Source: a virus. Taken from it: 39,756 nt of DNA. The stretch lies in IMG/VR virus record IMGVR_UViG_3300045988_064554; one strand, 5' to 3'. The notes under the pieces are model-generated. The model worked only from the letters and a program-made list of their open reading frames with translations. It was not told where the DNA came from and searched no databases. Of the stretch, positions 31,556-39,756 are shown piece after piece. The position numbers were made by a program, and so were the translations under genes. Position 1 is the first letter of the stretch. The number at the start of each line of letters is the position of its first letter.

Positions 31556-32737
31556 TTATTCATTCTGCTGCATATATCCATTCTTTCCGAACATGTACTT
31601 CTTACCGCCAATTACTAATGTTTCATCACAAGCCATTTCTCCATTATCTTTGAAGTAATACCATGCTTCTGGCAGTTTTAACCATTTATTTTTGTACATC
31701 GCTCCAAGCGGCATATCTTTTGTGGCTATTGTATTGTACCAGTAATAATCATCTCCTGCCTGTCTCCATCCGGTAAGCATCTGGCCTGTCTGATAACGTC
31801 TGTCTTCTCCTGATTTAACAAGATAATAGTCGTTACCGGCATATCCTTTTAACTCACCTTCCAGTAGTGTTCCCTGTGCATGTTTTCCTTCTCTCTTCGG
31901 TCGTAGATAGAAATAGTTTCCACCTGCCAGAACCCAACCGGTTAACATAGCCCCAACCGGTTTCTTTGGTGCGACTACTCCATCATTCAGGAAGTACCAT
32001 TCCCCGTCAATCTTATTCCATCCGGTCCGCATTCCCCCTGTTCCGTTAAGCCAGTAGAAATTTCCCTGGTACTGAATCCACTGATTCTGGACAACGTACC
32101 CTTTCTCGTTAAACCAGTAAAATGTCCCTGCTATTTTTCTCCAACAGTTCCGTGGATAGCTTCCATCCGGATCCTGCCACCAGTCACCGACTTTGTCTTT
32201 TATCCATTTTCCCGTCGTTTTTTTCGTCACAATAATTCCGAAAGCCCTGAGGATTCCTTCCGCGATTTCCGCAATATGATCATTAAAAATTTTTCTGTCC
32301 TGATCATTGTCAATAAATCCGCATTCCATTAAACGATAATTCAGCCCTCTCTTGGCAGCCCGGTCTACATTTGCCAGGTCAGAACGATACTTGATATTCT
32401 CGGCTCTTCCCGGCATTAATGTAGAGATAAAAAGAGCAAGTGACAAATCGTATTCGTCTGGAGTGAATCCCTCTTTGATGATGATATGTCCGCCTCGTGC
32501 CGATCCACCGCCTGCATCCATATGCAGCTCTAAAATGTTTGAATCTTCCGAGAAGTTGTAAGTACTTATCAGCTTATCTCTGTACCAGTTTTTACTCGTA
32601 TCCCCAAGAATGACCGCTTCTCCGCCAAGTTCTTTAATTTTGGCGGCCAACGTTCTGACGCGTTCTGCTTCTGTATATCCACCACCATCGGCTCCCGGAT
32701 CCCCTTCACCGTGTCCACAAATAATAAATAACTTCAT
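31556..32737 (-). CDS. Endolysin: N-acetylmuramoyl-L-alanine amidase (Amidase_3-like) plus C-terminal cell-wall-binding repeats.
   Basis: N-terminus MKLFIICGHGEGDPGA...ECGFIDN, and multiple GW/YYF-type repeats. The ATG at 32737 has AAGGAAG 6 nt upstream. Confidence 0.9.
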   Translation of the reverse strand: MKLFIICGHGEGDPGADGGGYTEAERVRTLAAKIKELGGEAVILGDTSKNWYRDKLISTYNFSEDSNILELHMDAGGGSARGGHIIIKEGFTPDEYDLSLALFISTLMPGRAENIKYRSDLANVDRAAKRGLNYRLMECGFIDNDQDRKIFNDHIAEIAEGILRAFGIIVTKKTTGKWIKDKVGDWWQDPDGSYPRNCWRKIAGTFYWFNEKGYVVQNQWIQYQGNFYWLNGTGGMRTGWNKIDGEWYFLNDGVVAPKKPVGAMLTGWVLAGGNYFYLRPKREGKHAQGTLLEGELKGYAGNDYYLVKSGEDRRYQTGQMLTGWRQAGDDYYWYNTIATKDMPLGAMYKNKWLKLPEAWYYFKDNGEMACDETLVIGGKKYMFGKNGYMQQNE

Positions 32738-32786
32738 ATTGCTCTTCCTTTCATGTACTGCATGCATCTCTTGCACCGGTACAATT

Positions 32787-33110
32787 CTACTTTTTCTTAT
32801 ATGCATTCCGATTCCACATTTCTGTCACACGTTCCCAGCCGCCTGTGCTGACCAGGTAAACTATAAAAGCGGCAATGAATGATGCGAAAATGTAATACCA
32901 CTCAATCACTATCTGATAATAGGTGCACAAGACGATTACTGCTGCCGGTGTCAGAATCAGTGATGTGATCAGTGCCACAACATTCGTCTGCACTTTTTTC
33001 AGTGCCGGCATCTCCTTGATTGCCTGCACGATCACGCTGACCAAGAAAGCCAGCACTCCAATTCCTGCTAAAATGTAACTCATGTACTGCATTAATGTTT
33101 CAATGTTCAT
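32787..33110 (-). CDS. Holin.
   Basis: Three hydrophobic segments and a basic C-terminus (NAYKKK). The ATG at 33110 has GGAGGG 8 nt upstream. It lies directly upstream of the endolysin. Confidence 0.75.
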   Translation of the reverse strand: MNIETLMQYMSYILAGIGVLAFLVSVIVQAIKEMPALKKVQTNVVALITSLILTPAAVIVLCTYYQIVIEWYYIFASFIAAFIVYLVSTGGWERVTEMWNRNAYKKK

Positions 33111-33357
33111 GTTCAATTCCCTCCAAATCTTCAATTCTATGGTTTGCTACCTTGATCTGTTCTTTTTGAATAGAAAGTTCCCTCTCTATACTATATGTAC
33201 GTTCAACCACATGATTGTGTTTGTCTACTCTTTTGGTCAGCTCATCTAGCTTGTATTCCATAAGAGCTCTTGTCTTTTCCTGCTGGCCGTGGTTGTTCAG
33301 CAGACAGATTATCAACGTTACTGCTGCTGTGATGCAGGATGATATAATAGTTTCCAT
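33100..33357 (-). CDS. Membrane-anchored coiled-coil protein of the lysis cassette (XhlA-like function possible).
   Basis: N-terminal TM helix plus heptad-rich region. The topology differs from B. subtilis XhlA as I recall it. Confidence 0.45.
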   Translation of the reverse strand: METIISSCITAAVTLIICLLNNHGQQEKTRALMEYKLDELTKRVDKHNHVVERTYSIERELSIQKEQIKVANHRIEDLEGIEHEH

Positions 33358-33372
33358 TTTTTGTTCTCGCTT

Positions 33373-33486
33373 TCATCTCTTGATCTGTATCAGACACATA
33401 ACTACGATTCTCTTGTTCTGCCTGTGCTGCTCATCATCAATTCTTTTGGCGAACTCTGCATGCTCTTCTCTGCCTACATATTCCAT
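33373..33486 (-). CDS. Possible 37-aa ORF (MEYVGREEHAEFAKRIDDEQHRQNKRIVVMCLIQIKR).
   Basis: Hand translation, with AAGGAG 7 nt upstream. The N-terminus resembles XhlA-type H..F..R...E..R...RI. Confidence 0.35.
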   Translation of the reverse strand: MEYVGREEHAEFAKRIDDEQHRQNKRIVVMCLIQIKR

Positions 33487-33524
33487 CACCATTCTCCTTA
33501 AATACTTATAGTTCTGATTTTGTT

Positions 33525-34433
33525 TTAGCTTCCAATCGCAATCCAATTATAGGTAGCATTATCCATGAATTTATATTCTTTCACTGATTCTGTCCAAGAG
33601 AATGTACCACCAGACACGCTAAAACCAGACCTATCTGTGATTCCACAAGGTTTTGAGTACACGCTGTAATCACCACAGAATGTCACCTTTGCTTTTCCAT
33701 CTGCGGAATACACAGCAGTTACAACACCTACTGATGTGATTTTATCGGCATAGATTATCAGCTTATCAATCTTAGACAAGCCAGTATTTATAGTAGGAGA
33801 TGATGTTGTTCCAGTTTTTACCTGTACACCACCAGAACCTCCGCTAGATGCTTCCATTGTGCCAGTAGCAACACCATCCTTTGAAGTGAATCTCTTACCT
33901 TTTCGCACATCTTCTGGCAACGCATCGCCAAAGAATCTACCTAATGTGCCATTGCCATAGAGCCGAAACGAACCTCCATTTTTTAGGTACGCTGATGCGT
34001 TGCTAAGAGAAACATTGTTAAAAATCATAGTAAGGTCTTCGCTATCTTTGGTCAAAGTAATTCTTCCTATACCAACTGTAGGCTTGCTTGCATCAAGCGT
34101 TGCCATACTTCCAGTGACTTTTTCGCCACCAACATAAGCTGTCTTACCCGATACAATGTCCTCTGATAATGCTGTAGCATCTGATGTGTCGACTCCGCTT
34201 GACTGTATCATCGTTCCGACAATTCGCTGTCCGCTACTATCATGAGCTGTAGCACCAGCTAACAGATTTTCTGGTGTCACAGTGTCTTCTGCAAGATTAA
34301 TTAGCGCACCAACTATTTTTGCACCAGTTTTATCATGAGCCACAGCACCCTCTAAAAGCTGGTCTTCTGTCACTGTGTCCTCCGTCAAATCAAGTAATAC
34401 CTTACCTGCATATTCTACTTTATTTACTGCCAT
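33525..34433 (-). CDS. Tail fibre protein, paralog 1.
   Basis: The module DTVT-x3-LL-x-G-x2-AHD-x2-G-x2-IVG occurs twice. The N-terminus is shared with 34446..35021. Confidence 0.65.
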   Translation of the reverse strand: MAVNKVEYAGKVLLDLTEDTVTEDQLLEGAVAHDKTGAKIVGALINLAEDTVTPENLLAGATAHDSSGQRIVGTMIQSSGVDTSDATALSEDIVSGKTAYVGGEKVTGSMATLDASKPTVGIGRITLTKDSEDLTMIFNNVSLSNASAYLKNGGSFRLYGNGTLGRFFGDALPEDVRKGKRFTSKDGVATGTMEASSGGSGGVQVKTGTTSSPTINTGLSKIDKLIIYADKITSVGVVTAVYSADGKAKVTFCGDYSVYSKPCGITDRSGFSVSGGTFSWTESVKEYKFMDNATYNWIAIGS

Positions 34434-34445
34434 ATATCACACCAC

Positions 34446-35021
34446 CTAACCAATCGTCACTGTAGTTCCACCAGCAGAATTTTCTGATTCCACATACGGT
34501 ATCTTTTCCACTGTAACCTGTGACAGATGCGTATATCCGGCATCCGGCAGAATGGTCTGTTGTGCGCTTGACGGAGTGACTGTCTTAGCCTGTGCTTTGA
34601 CACCTTCACTTCCTGACATCGAACCTTTCACTCCGAGGATAGTCACACCCTCTCGGATATTATTAGCGGTCAGTTTCGCCTTTTCTGTGGCATCAATAGA
34701 AACTTTTCCTGACCCATCATGATATCCCTGTGGGATTGTATACGCACCATCTTTTGTGCTGATTTTACCTGTCACAGCACCGTTGTTTGGCATTGTTCCA
34801 GTCAACATTACTCCTCTTGCGTAGGCTGTTTTGCCTTTTAAAATCTCTGCAACTGCGGCAGTGGCATCATTAGAATCTACATCAAACGTACACGCTCCTG
34901 TGACCAATTCTCCGTCTTTTCCATGTGCCGTGATACCGCTCAACAGCTTATCCGCAGTCACAGTATCGCCTGTTAAGTCAATCAATGTCTTTCCACCATA
35001 TACTACTTTATTAACACTCAT
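34446..35021 (-). CDS. Tail fibre protein, paralog 2.
   Basis: The N-terminus MSVNKVVYGGKTLIDLTGDTVT matches paralog 1. The C-terminal VTP...IPY.E..N..GG.T..IG module matches 35028..35312. Confidence 0.65.
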   Translation of the reverse strand: MSVNKVVYGGKTLIDLTGDTVTADKLLSGITAHGKDGELVTGACTFDVDSNDATAAVAEILKGKTAYARGVMLTGTMPNNGAVTGKISTKDGAYTIPQGYHDGSGKVSIDATEKAKLTANNIREGVTILGVKGSMSGSEGVKAQAKTVTPSSAQQTILPDAGYTHLSQVTVEKIPYVESENSAGGTTVTIG

Positions 35022-35027
35022 ATTTAA

Positions 35028-35312
35028 TCACTCCTTTCCAATAAATATAGTCTGCCCACCTTCAAGATTTGACACCTCGAAGAACGGTATTTCTTTTATT
35101 CTCACATCTTCTGCAAGATATTTTTTTGCTGTTGGAAGACTCTGTTCTTCCACTTTTGGTGTGACCGTGTAGGAACCATCGTAGTAATCAACATCCCCCT
35201 GCTCAGTGATACGCTGAAAACATTGAAATTCTGCGTTTAGTTTTTTATCCTTTGCAGAAAAATCGACATCCAGATTTTTATTCAACACACGAAATGATAC
35301 CTCTAGTCTCAT
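35028..35312 (-). CDS. Small tail-fibre-associated protein sharing the C-terminal module of paralog 2.
   Basis: Sequence YTVTPKVEEQSLPTAKKYLAEDVRIKEIPFFEVSNLEGGQTIFIG. Confidence 0.55.
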   Translation of the reverse strand: MRLEVSFRVLNKNLDVDFSAKDKKLNAEFQCFQRITEQGDVDYYDGSYTVTPKVEEQSLPTAKKYLAEDVRIKEIPFFEVSNLEGGQTIFIGKE

Positions 35313-35617
35313 TAAATCACACCTTCCTTCAGAATCCGCCCTACATACAATCTCATGATATCGGATGCCAGCGCATCTCCGCTCTTCATTCGCACACGTA
35401 TCTGCACTTCCGCTGTTTTGAACTCCGATTGCTGCAGTTTTAATGTGTCCTCTTGCGATAACTTAACAGTCAGTGTTTTTCCTGCGCACGTAAGCTCCGA
35501 CAAGCTCTTATCAACCACCACTGATTGATTCTGTGATATCGTAACATACGCCTCTGCAATCAGATCTACTTCAAACGGCAGAGTAAACTCAAGTGTCGGT
35601 GTAGTTCCTCTTATCAT
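35312..35617 (-). CDS. Hypothetical tail-module protein.
   Basis: ORF track. Its stop and the next start overlap. Confidence 0.55.
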   Translation of the reverse strand: MIRGTTPTLEFTLPFEVDLIAEAYVTISQNQSVVVDKSLSELTCAGKTLTVKLSQEDTLKLQQSEFKTAEVQIRVRMKSGDALASDIMRLYVGRILKEGVI

Positions 35618-35632
35618 ATAATCACCGCCTCA

Positions 35633-35767
35633 CTATTTATCGTTTGCAAGCTCTCCCATTCCGGAATCTTCCAAGATTTCTTTTACCTTGTCCTTTAAGA
35701 GTCTCGGGACCTGTGCGTAAGTCTTCTTTCCTAACATAATCTGCTGTGCCCATAACATTGCCATCAT
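35633..35767 (-). CDS. 44-aa XkdX/CD1375-like small protein.
   Basis: The ATG at 35767 has GGAGG 7 nt upstream. Sequence MMAMLWAQQIMLGKKTYAQVPRLLKDKVKEILEDSG. Confidence 0.5.
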   Translation of the reverse strand: MMAMLWAQQIMLGKKTYAQVPRLLKDKVKEILEDSGMGELANDK

Positions 35768-35823
35768 TTCTTTTCCTCCGTTGTTTTGTAGTAATATGAA
35801 TAGATTTGTTAATAGAGTTACCA

Positions 35824-36195
35824 TTACTGATATACCTGTTCTGACATCTCCAAGATGCAACCTTCCAACTGGTTAATTTTCTCCTGTATCTCATTTTTTT
35901 CCTTCTCAAGTGTCTTGATCCGATCTTCTGGTGCCTGTTCTTCCTGGTACATAACAATTCCAAGGATTCCCGCAGTGTATTTCACAACAGCATCAAACTG
36001 GATATAATTTTCATAACTCGCGATCTGCACACCTCGTTCCTGCACGTTCATCTTCTTTGTTGTCATGGAATCTGAAAAAATCGCTTTGATCTGCTCCTCT
36101 GTTGCTGAGATCGTTTTGATCAGAAGGCTGCCATCAGTCTGGATAGATGTATCCTGCACTGTCAGTTCCTGTCCATCGTTGAATACAATTTTCAT
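35824..36195 (-). CDS. Hypothetical protein with a C-terminal coiled coil (XkdW-position).
   Basis: The ATG at 36195 has GAGAGGAG 5 nt upstream. Confidence 0.55.
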   Translation of the reverse strand: MKIVFNDGQELTVQDTSIQTDGSLLIKTISATEEQIKAIFSDSMTTKKMNVQERGVQIASYENYIQFDAVVKYTAGILGIVMYQEEQAPEDRIKTLEKEKNEIQEKINQLEGCILEMSEQVYQ

Positions 36196-36245
36196 AGCTT
36201 CTCCTCTCTGAATCATGTTTCTGTGTTTCATATATAAAAGTGCAT

Positions 36246-36273
36246 AACAAAAACACCCGACCTACGCCGGATG
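36246..36273 (-). terminator. Rho-independent terminator inside the tail module.
   Basis: Minus-strand RNA reads CAUCCGGC-GUAG-GUCGGGUG followed by UUUUUGUU. Confidence 0.65.
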
Positions 36274-36310
36274 TGAGCAAAAATCAACTTACGTGAATTA
36301 AATGACAAAT

Positions 36311-37189
36311 CTATTTTTTAGTATATTTCACACTTATGATGCAGGCATATCCACTCCAATCATTGGCCGTTACAATTGTGATGGTGGATCCGCTACCTGT
36401 CAATCTTACACTTATAGCATTATAGTTTGAATTATCCGAAAATGGAACTGGATAAGTTGCTCCTCCGTTAAATGCCATACTATTTGCCGGATTTATCCAA
36501 AAATAATCTAGTCCGGATAACCCTGTACTAACAGTTTTTGTGGTTTTATTTGGAAGTGATCCACACTCAATCATCTTTTCGTAAATTGGCTTATTTTGTA
36601 AATATTGTCCAGTGAATATTTCCTTTCCAACGCCTAGAGTCTGATTGTCAACTTTTCTCTCTAATTTGCCATTTAATTCAGTAAGCTCTTCCTTTAACTT
36701 GCTGATATTACCGATCACATTAAACAGCGGATTCACCTTTACAATATTGATTCCATTCAGTTCCACGCTATACAGAGGGAAGTCTGACTTCATTGCACCA
36801 GTCAAAATATTCCCATTAACTGCTGTCGGTGCTGTGGGTGTCCAAGTAGAATCTTCTCCTTGGATCACAACCAGATCAACCGTTTCTTTTCCTGTGCTAT
36901 CCTTTGTGTACCGAAACACGATCAGATCAATCCTGTTCGTTCCAGAATGTCCATTGTTAATTGTCACCAATGCACTGTCATTTGCCGGAATCCTTACGTG
37001 TCTCCCGTGCATGACTGCATCACCATCGGAGATTTTTACAATGTTATTGGACTGTACTTCTGCCTTAAACTGGCTACCATTTTCCAGTACAAATTTTTCA
37101 TTTCCAAAGATCCCGGCAAATAACGCCCCGTCAGACTCCGCAGTAACAGCACGTCCCGTATCTCCTGTATCCAAATAATTTGTTGCCAT
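36311..37189 (-). CDS. Putative receptor-binding / baseplate protein.
   Basis: 292 aa, located after the Tal-like gene. It has a central coiled coil (KLKEELTELNGKLERK) and a C-terminal beta-rich head. Confidence 0.5.
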   Translation of the reverse strand: MATNYLDTGDTGRAVTAESDGALFAGIFGNEKFVLENGSQFKAEVQSNNIVKISDGDAVMHGRHVRIPANDSALVTINNGHSGTNRIDLIVFRYTKDSTGKETVDLVVIQGEDSTWTPTAPTAVNGNILTGAMKSDFPLYSVELNGINIVKVNPLFNVIGNISKLKEELTELNGKLERKVDNQTLGVGKEIFTGQYLQNKPIYEKMIECGSLPNKTTKTVSTGLSGLDYFWINPANSMAFNGGATYPVPFSDNSNYNAISVRLTGSGSTITIVTANDWSGYACIISVKYTKK

Positions 37190-37191
37190 TG

Positions 37192-38160
37192 TTATTCCTC
37201 ACCAACCTTATATGTTATCGTTTCAATTCCATTTTTTATTTTTATAATTTCCTGTGTGACCTGTTCCTTCAGCAATATTCCGGTTGCCCGGTTTCTTCCA
37301 CCAACAATATCACCAATATCCACGTCTAATTTACTGAACGATGCAGAGACAGAATCCGAACTTTTCAGTTCCTTCAAATGTTCAATTCCCTTTTCTTTCA
37401 GCTCTGTAGCTGATTCAGAATTTCCATAATCGTATGTTTCTGCAATTTCATACTCACCGAAATACGCCTGTTTTTCGCTGATCTCTCCTGTCTTATCTAC
37501 ATACAGATCAATCACCGTTCTGGCTGCCAATTCACCAGCCCCAAGACAGATCAGATGATTTACCCCTCCGGTTTTCTTTTCGATTATGATCTTCATTCCG
37601 TAGTCATCGGAATACTCATATTTCTCTGACAGATCTTCGATCGGGACAGATGATATATTCACACAAGAATCCTTGTCGTTGTAAATGATTTTCAGCTTTG
37701 CCCCAGCAGCAGACAACATTTTTACAATGCCTGAATAAGCATCGACGTATCTCTGGAATTGATAATTACTTATCTGTATTCCGGAAGACGTATCCGGAAC
37801 AGCAAACATATCTACCAGATCACACCGCTTTATCAGCAATGCAAGAATATCATGTACATCACCGGATACTGTCAGGTAATCTTTTCCTGCGTCCGGTCGG
37901 ATCACTTTCTTTTCCAGAACACCACGCCAACTTCTTCCGGAATAATATACCTTGGATTTTTCTGTGTCGACTTTTACATCATCCACAATACCGCCGTATT
38001 CTTCGTCTTTTACATACCAAATGCATCCGGCACTCATGCAGTGATTTTTCACATTCATTTGAAGCTCAAAGTCATTATTGCCTCCGAGTTCCAGATCAAC
38101 GGAATATTTTTCAAGACTCCCTTGTGGAAGCCTGTTTACGTCTGTATACATTACTTCCAC
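37192..38160 (-). CDS. Tail-associated (Tal-like, Gp37-like) baseplate protein.
   Basis: Located immediately after Dit. 322 aa. Confidence 0.55.
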   Translation of the reverse strand: MEVMYTDVNRLPQGSLEKYSVDLELGGNNDFELQMNVKNHCMSAGCIWYVKDEEYGGIVDDVKVDTEKSKVYYSGRSWRGVLEKKVIRPDAGKDYLTVSGDVHDILALLIKRCDLVDMFAVPDTSSGIQISNYQFQRYVDAYSGIVKMLSAAGAKLKIIYNDKDSCVNISSVPIEDLSEKYEYSDDYGMKIIIEKKTGGVNHLICLGAGELAARTVIDLYVDKTGEISEKQAYFGEYEIAETYDYGNSESATELKEKGIEHLKELKSSDSVSASFSKLDVDIGDIVGGRNRATGILLKEQVTQEIIKIKNGIETITYKVGEE

Positions 38161-38981
38161 AATGGTTCACTCCTTTTATCAATAAGAATCAGGTCGAATG
38201 AAAAACTGCCATCCCAAGCAATTACTTGTGTACCAGCTACAATTTTTTCAAAGATGTAACACTCTTTTGCAGCCGACCATAGAACATTTTCCGTATATCC
38301 GTCAGTATGTACCAGTTTTACTGTTTTCTTTATGGAATCAATCTCCAATCGCTCACCGGCATTCAGTGATATATTGACCTGATAGGTATTATCTCCAATC
38401 TTCACAAGTGGCTTTGACACAGAACCATATATACGAAGAACAAAATCTGATTCTGTGATAGCTGGGTTGATGATCAAGGAAGATGATACCTGATTCAGAT
38501 AATAGTATCCGTATTTGTATGGATATTTCTTCAGATCATCCATTTCAACTGTCTTGCCTTCTGTCTTCAGGAAGTTGTACTCTCTTTCCTGTACCCAGTC
38601 CGGCTGATCTGTTGCAATGGTTACTTCGATCTCTATATACTGCTTCGTCAGATACCATTTCGCTTTTTTTGATGCTACGATATAACAACTTAAATAGTAG
38701 CCGTCCTGATATAGTCTTCCTGACTGTTCTGCACGAATATCAGATTCGAAGATCTGGAAGATAGCATTTCTTTTTGCAATCCCCTCTTCCTCGGAAGATG
38801 CCGAAATGATGATCTTCATTTTCTTTTCCTTGACACCTTTATGAAAGTTGGTAATCTCGTCATAGTCCGTATCATACTCCCATTCATAATCCCTTAATTC
38901 AGAGGATGTAATAAAAATACCACCCGAACCAAAGTCAATACTTTGGTTCAGATGGTTCACATATTTCGCTCTATCAAGCAT
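38151..38981 (-). CDS. Distal tail protein (Dit).
   Basis: First gene after the tape measure. Its ATG overlaps the stop of the out-of-frame tape-measure C-terminus (ATGCTTGA). Confidence 0.7.
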   Translation of the reverse strand: MLDRAKYVNHLNQSIDFGSGGIFITSSELRDYEWEYDTDYDEITNFHKGVKEKKMKIIISASSEEEGIAKRNAIFQIFESDIRAEQSGRLYQDGYYLSCYIVASKKAKWYLTKQYIEIEVTIATDQPDWVQEREYNFLKTEGKTVEMDDLKKYPYKYGYYYLNQVSSSLIINPAITESDFVLRIYGSVSKPLVKIGDNTYQVNISLNAGERLEIDSIKKTVKLVHTDGYTENVLWSAAKECYIFEKIVAGTQVIAWDGSFSFDLILIDKRSEPLWK

Positions 38982-39236
38982 ATTTTTTCACCAACCTTGC
39001 TATCTCTCTGTTATCAAATTCAAACTCTACGCCGTTTGTCAGAACATCAATTAACAGCTTGTACAATCCACCGTTCCGCATCCAGTTAAAGATTGCTTCC
39101 AGTAATGCACGGGTCGCTTCGCTGTCACCGCTTCCACTTCCGGCATTATTCACAGCTCCTGAATCATGTCCATCAAGTTCTGCGTCCCAACTACTGTTTC
39201 CGATCCGGCTTCACCGCCTGCAAGAATTGATTTGAC
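38974..39236 (-). other. Out-of-frame continuation of the tape measure protein.
   Basis: The conserved segment [25 protein letters not shown] is in the -1 frame (39236-39150). The last 78 codons, ...GVEFEFDNREIARLVKKYA, are in the next -1 frame (39210-38974). Hand translation of all three minus frames; coordinates checked codon by codon. Confidence 0.7.
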
Positions 39237-39756
39237 TTAGCGTTGTAACCGAAAATAGTCGGCTGATTCATGATCATACCATCATCCATTGCTTTCTTAT
39301 ACCATTCAATACCGAAGTGCGGTACACTTGGCGGTGTCAAGTTGAAAGAACCACTGATTGAAATATGAGGAAGTTTCAATTTAGGTAATGACCAACTAAA
39401 GTTCATAATTGACTTAATCTTATTGATTGCTCCTGATACAATAGACTTACATCCATTCCACACACTAGTAAACGTTGACTTGATACCATTTAACACGCCT
39501 GTGACGGTTGATTTTGCACCATTCAATCCACTTGATATAGTGGACTTGATACCATTGATCACATTACTTACGGTTGACTTGATACTATCCCAAACACTTG
39601 TAAATGTTGATTTAACGTTGTTCAGGATGTTTGAAACCGTAGTTATAATTGCATTTAACACGTTACTTATCACTGATTTAATACTATTCCATACGGTTGT
39701 AATAACTGTCTGAATGTTGTTGATTGCGGTTGATACCGCTGTTTTTATGGCTTCCC
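39191..39756 (-). CDS. Tape measure protein, continuation of the 1..1946 ORF up to the in-frame TAG at 39191 (39630-39756 duplicate bases 1-127).
   Basis: ORF track 39191..39673 is in phase with 1946 after removing the overlap. Sequence ...[30 protein letters not shown]. Confidence 0.9.
   Translation of the reverse strand, partial: EAIKTAVSTAINNIQTVITTVWNSIKSVISNVLNAIITTVSNILNNVKSTFTSVWDSIKSTVSNVINGIKSTISSGLNGAKSTVTGVLNGIKSTFTSVWNGCKSIVSGAINKIKSIMNFSWSLPKLKLPHISISGSFNLTPPSVPHFGIEWYKKAMDDGMIMNQPTIFGYNAKSNQFLQAVKPDRKQ
39630..39756. repeat. Second copy of the 127-bp terminal overlap (identical to 1-127).
   Basis: Base-by-base comparison. Confidence 0.95.

Noticed and set aside
31351-31611. 86-aa minus-strand ORF in the int-endolysin intergenic region.
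   Set aside because: It overlaps the 3' end of the endolysin gene and runs through the terminator hairpin and the putative attP. It has no RBS and no recognisable features.
33525-35021. Diversity-generating retroelement, suggested by the repeated fibre modules.
   Set aside because: No reverse transcriptase gene exists anywhere in the genome. The repeated segments are diverged at the DNA level in a general way, not only at adenines.
35637-35963. 108-aa basic ORF overlapping 35633..35860 and 35824..36231.
   Set aside because: It is an alternative frame across two better-supported genes, each with GGAGG-type RBSs. Its R/K-rich translation looks like a frame artefact.
2237-39193. Possible TAG stop-codon recoding, because both the chaperone and the main tape-measure frame end in TAG.
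   Set aside because: Reading through either TAG hits another stop within 10 codons. The downstream coding signal is in other frames, and other late genes end in TAA or TGA.
1-39756. Scan for tRNA, rRNA, CRISPR arrays, transposases and IS elements.
   Set aside because: I saw no cloverleaf-like segments, no regularly spaced direct repeats with spacers, and no transposase-like ORF. A dedicated tool (tRNAscan-SE, minced) should confirm this.

Overview
The window is one complete temperate siphovirus genome, circularly permuted. Bases 1-127 are identical to 39630-39756, so the unique length is 39629 bp, and the cut falls inside the tape-measure gene. I infer a Firmicutes/Clostridia-type host from the Amidase_3 plus cell-wall-binding-repeat endolysin, the strong GGAGG-type ribosome binding sites (RBSs) and frequent GTG/TTG starts.

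Almost all genes are on the minus strand, in this order:
- a Cro-like regulator and small early genes;
- a recombination/replication block: Gp157-like, Rad52-like annealase, NinB-like, Hjc-like resolvase, and a DnaD-like organizer containing an iteron array;
- an orphan C5 DNA methyltransferase and a YjcQ-like moron;
- a sigma-r4-type late activator, then terS and terL;
- portal, MuF minor head protein, a three-gene moron island, scaffold and capsid;
- connector proteins, major tail, a frameshifted chaperone and the tape measure;
- Dit, a Tal-like protein, a receptor-binding candidate, fibre paralogs, holin and endolysin.

A plus-strand lysogeny block holds a cI-like XRE repressor, an ImmA-like protein, an AT-rich orphan cassette, a lipoprotein, a DUF4352 membrane protein, a tyrosine integrase and a putative attP.

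Most notable observations:
1. An AT-rich cassette (51-aa ORF, 217-aa orphan, 198-aa four-TM protein) lies between the immunity genes and the integrase. It is my best candidate for an undescribed prophage defence or exclusion system. The membrane protein tail shares a motif with the repressor.
2. A tandem two-module DUF2829/Tad2-like protein sits in a terminator-bounded moron island in the head module.
3. The MuF minor head protein carries a C-terminal RadC/JAB-like domain.
4. A duplicated 5' leader hairpin with compensatory stem changes precedes the two envelope-protein genes.
5. Three apparent -1 frame breaks occur in essential genes: one in terL just after Walker A, and two in the tape-measure C-terminus.

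No tRNA, rRNA, CRISPR array, transposase or reverse transcriptase was seen. All family names come from my own recognition of motifs, not from database searches.
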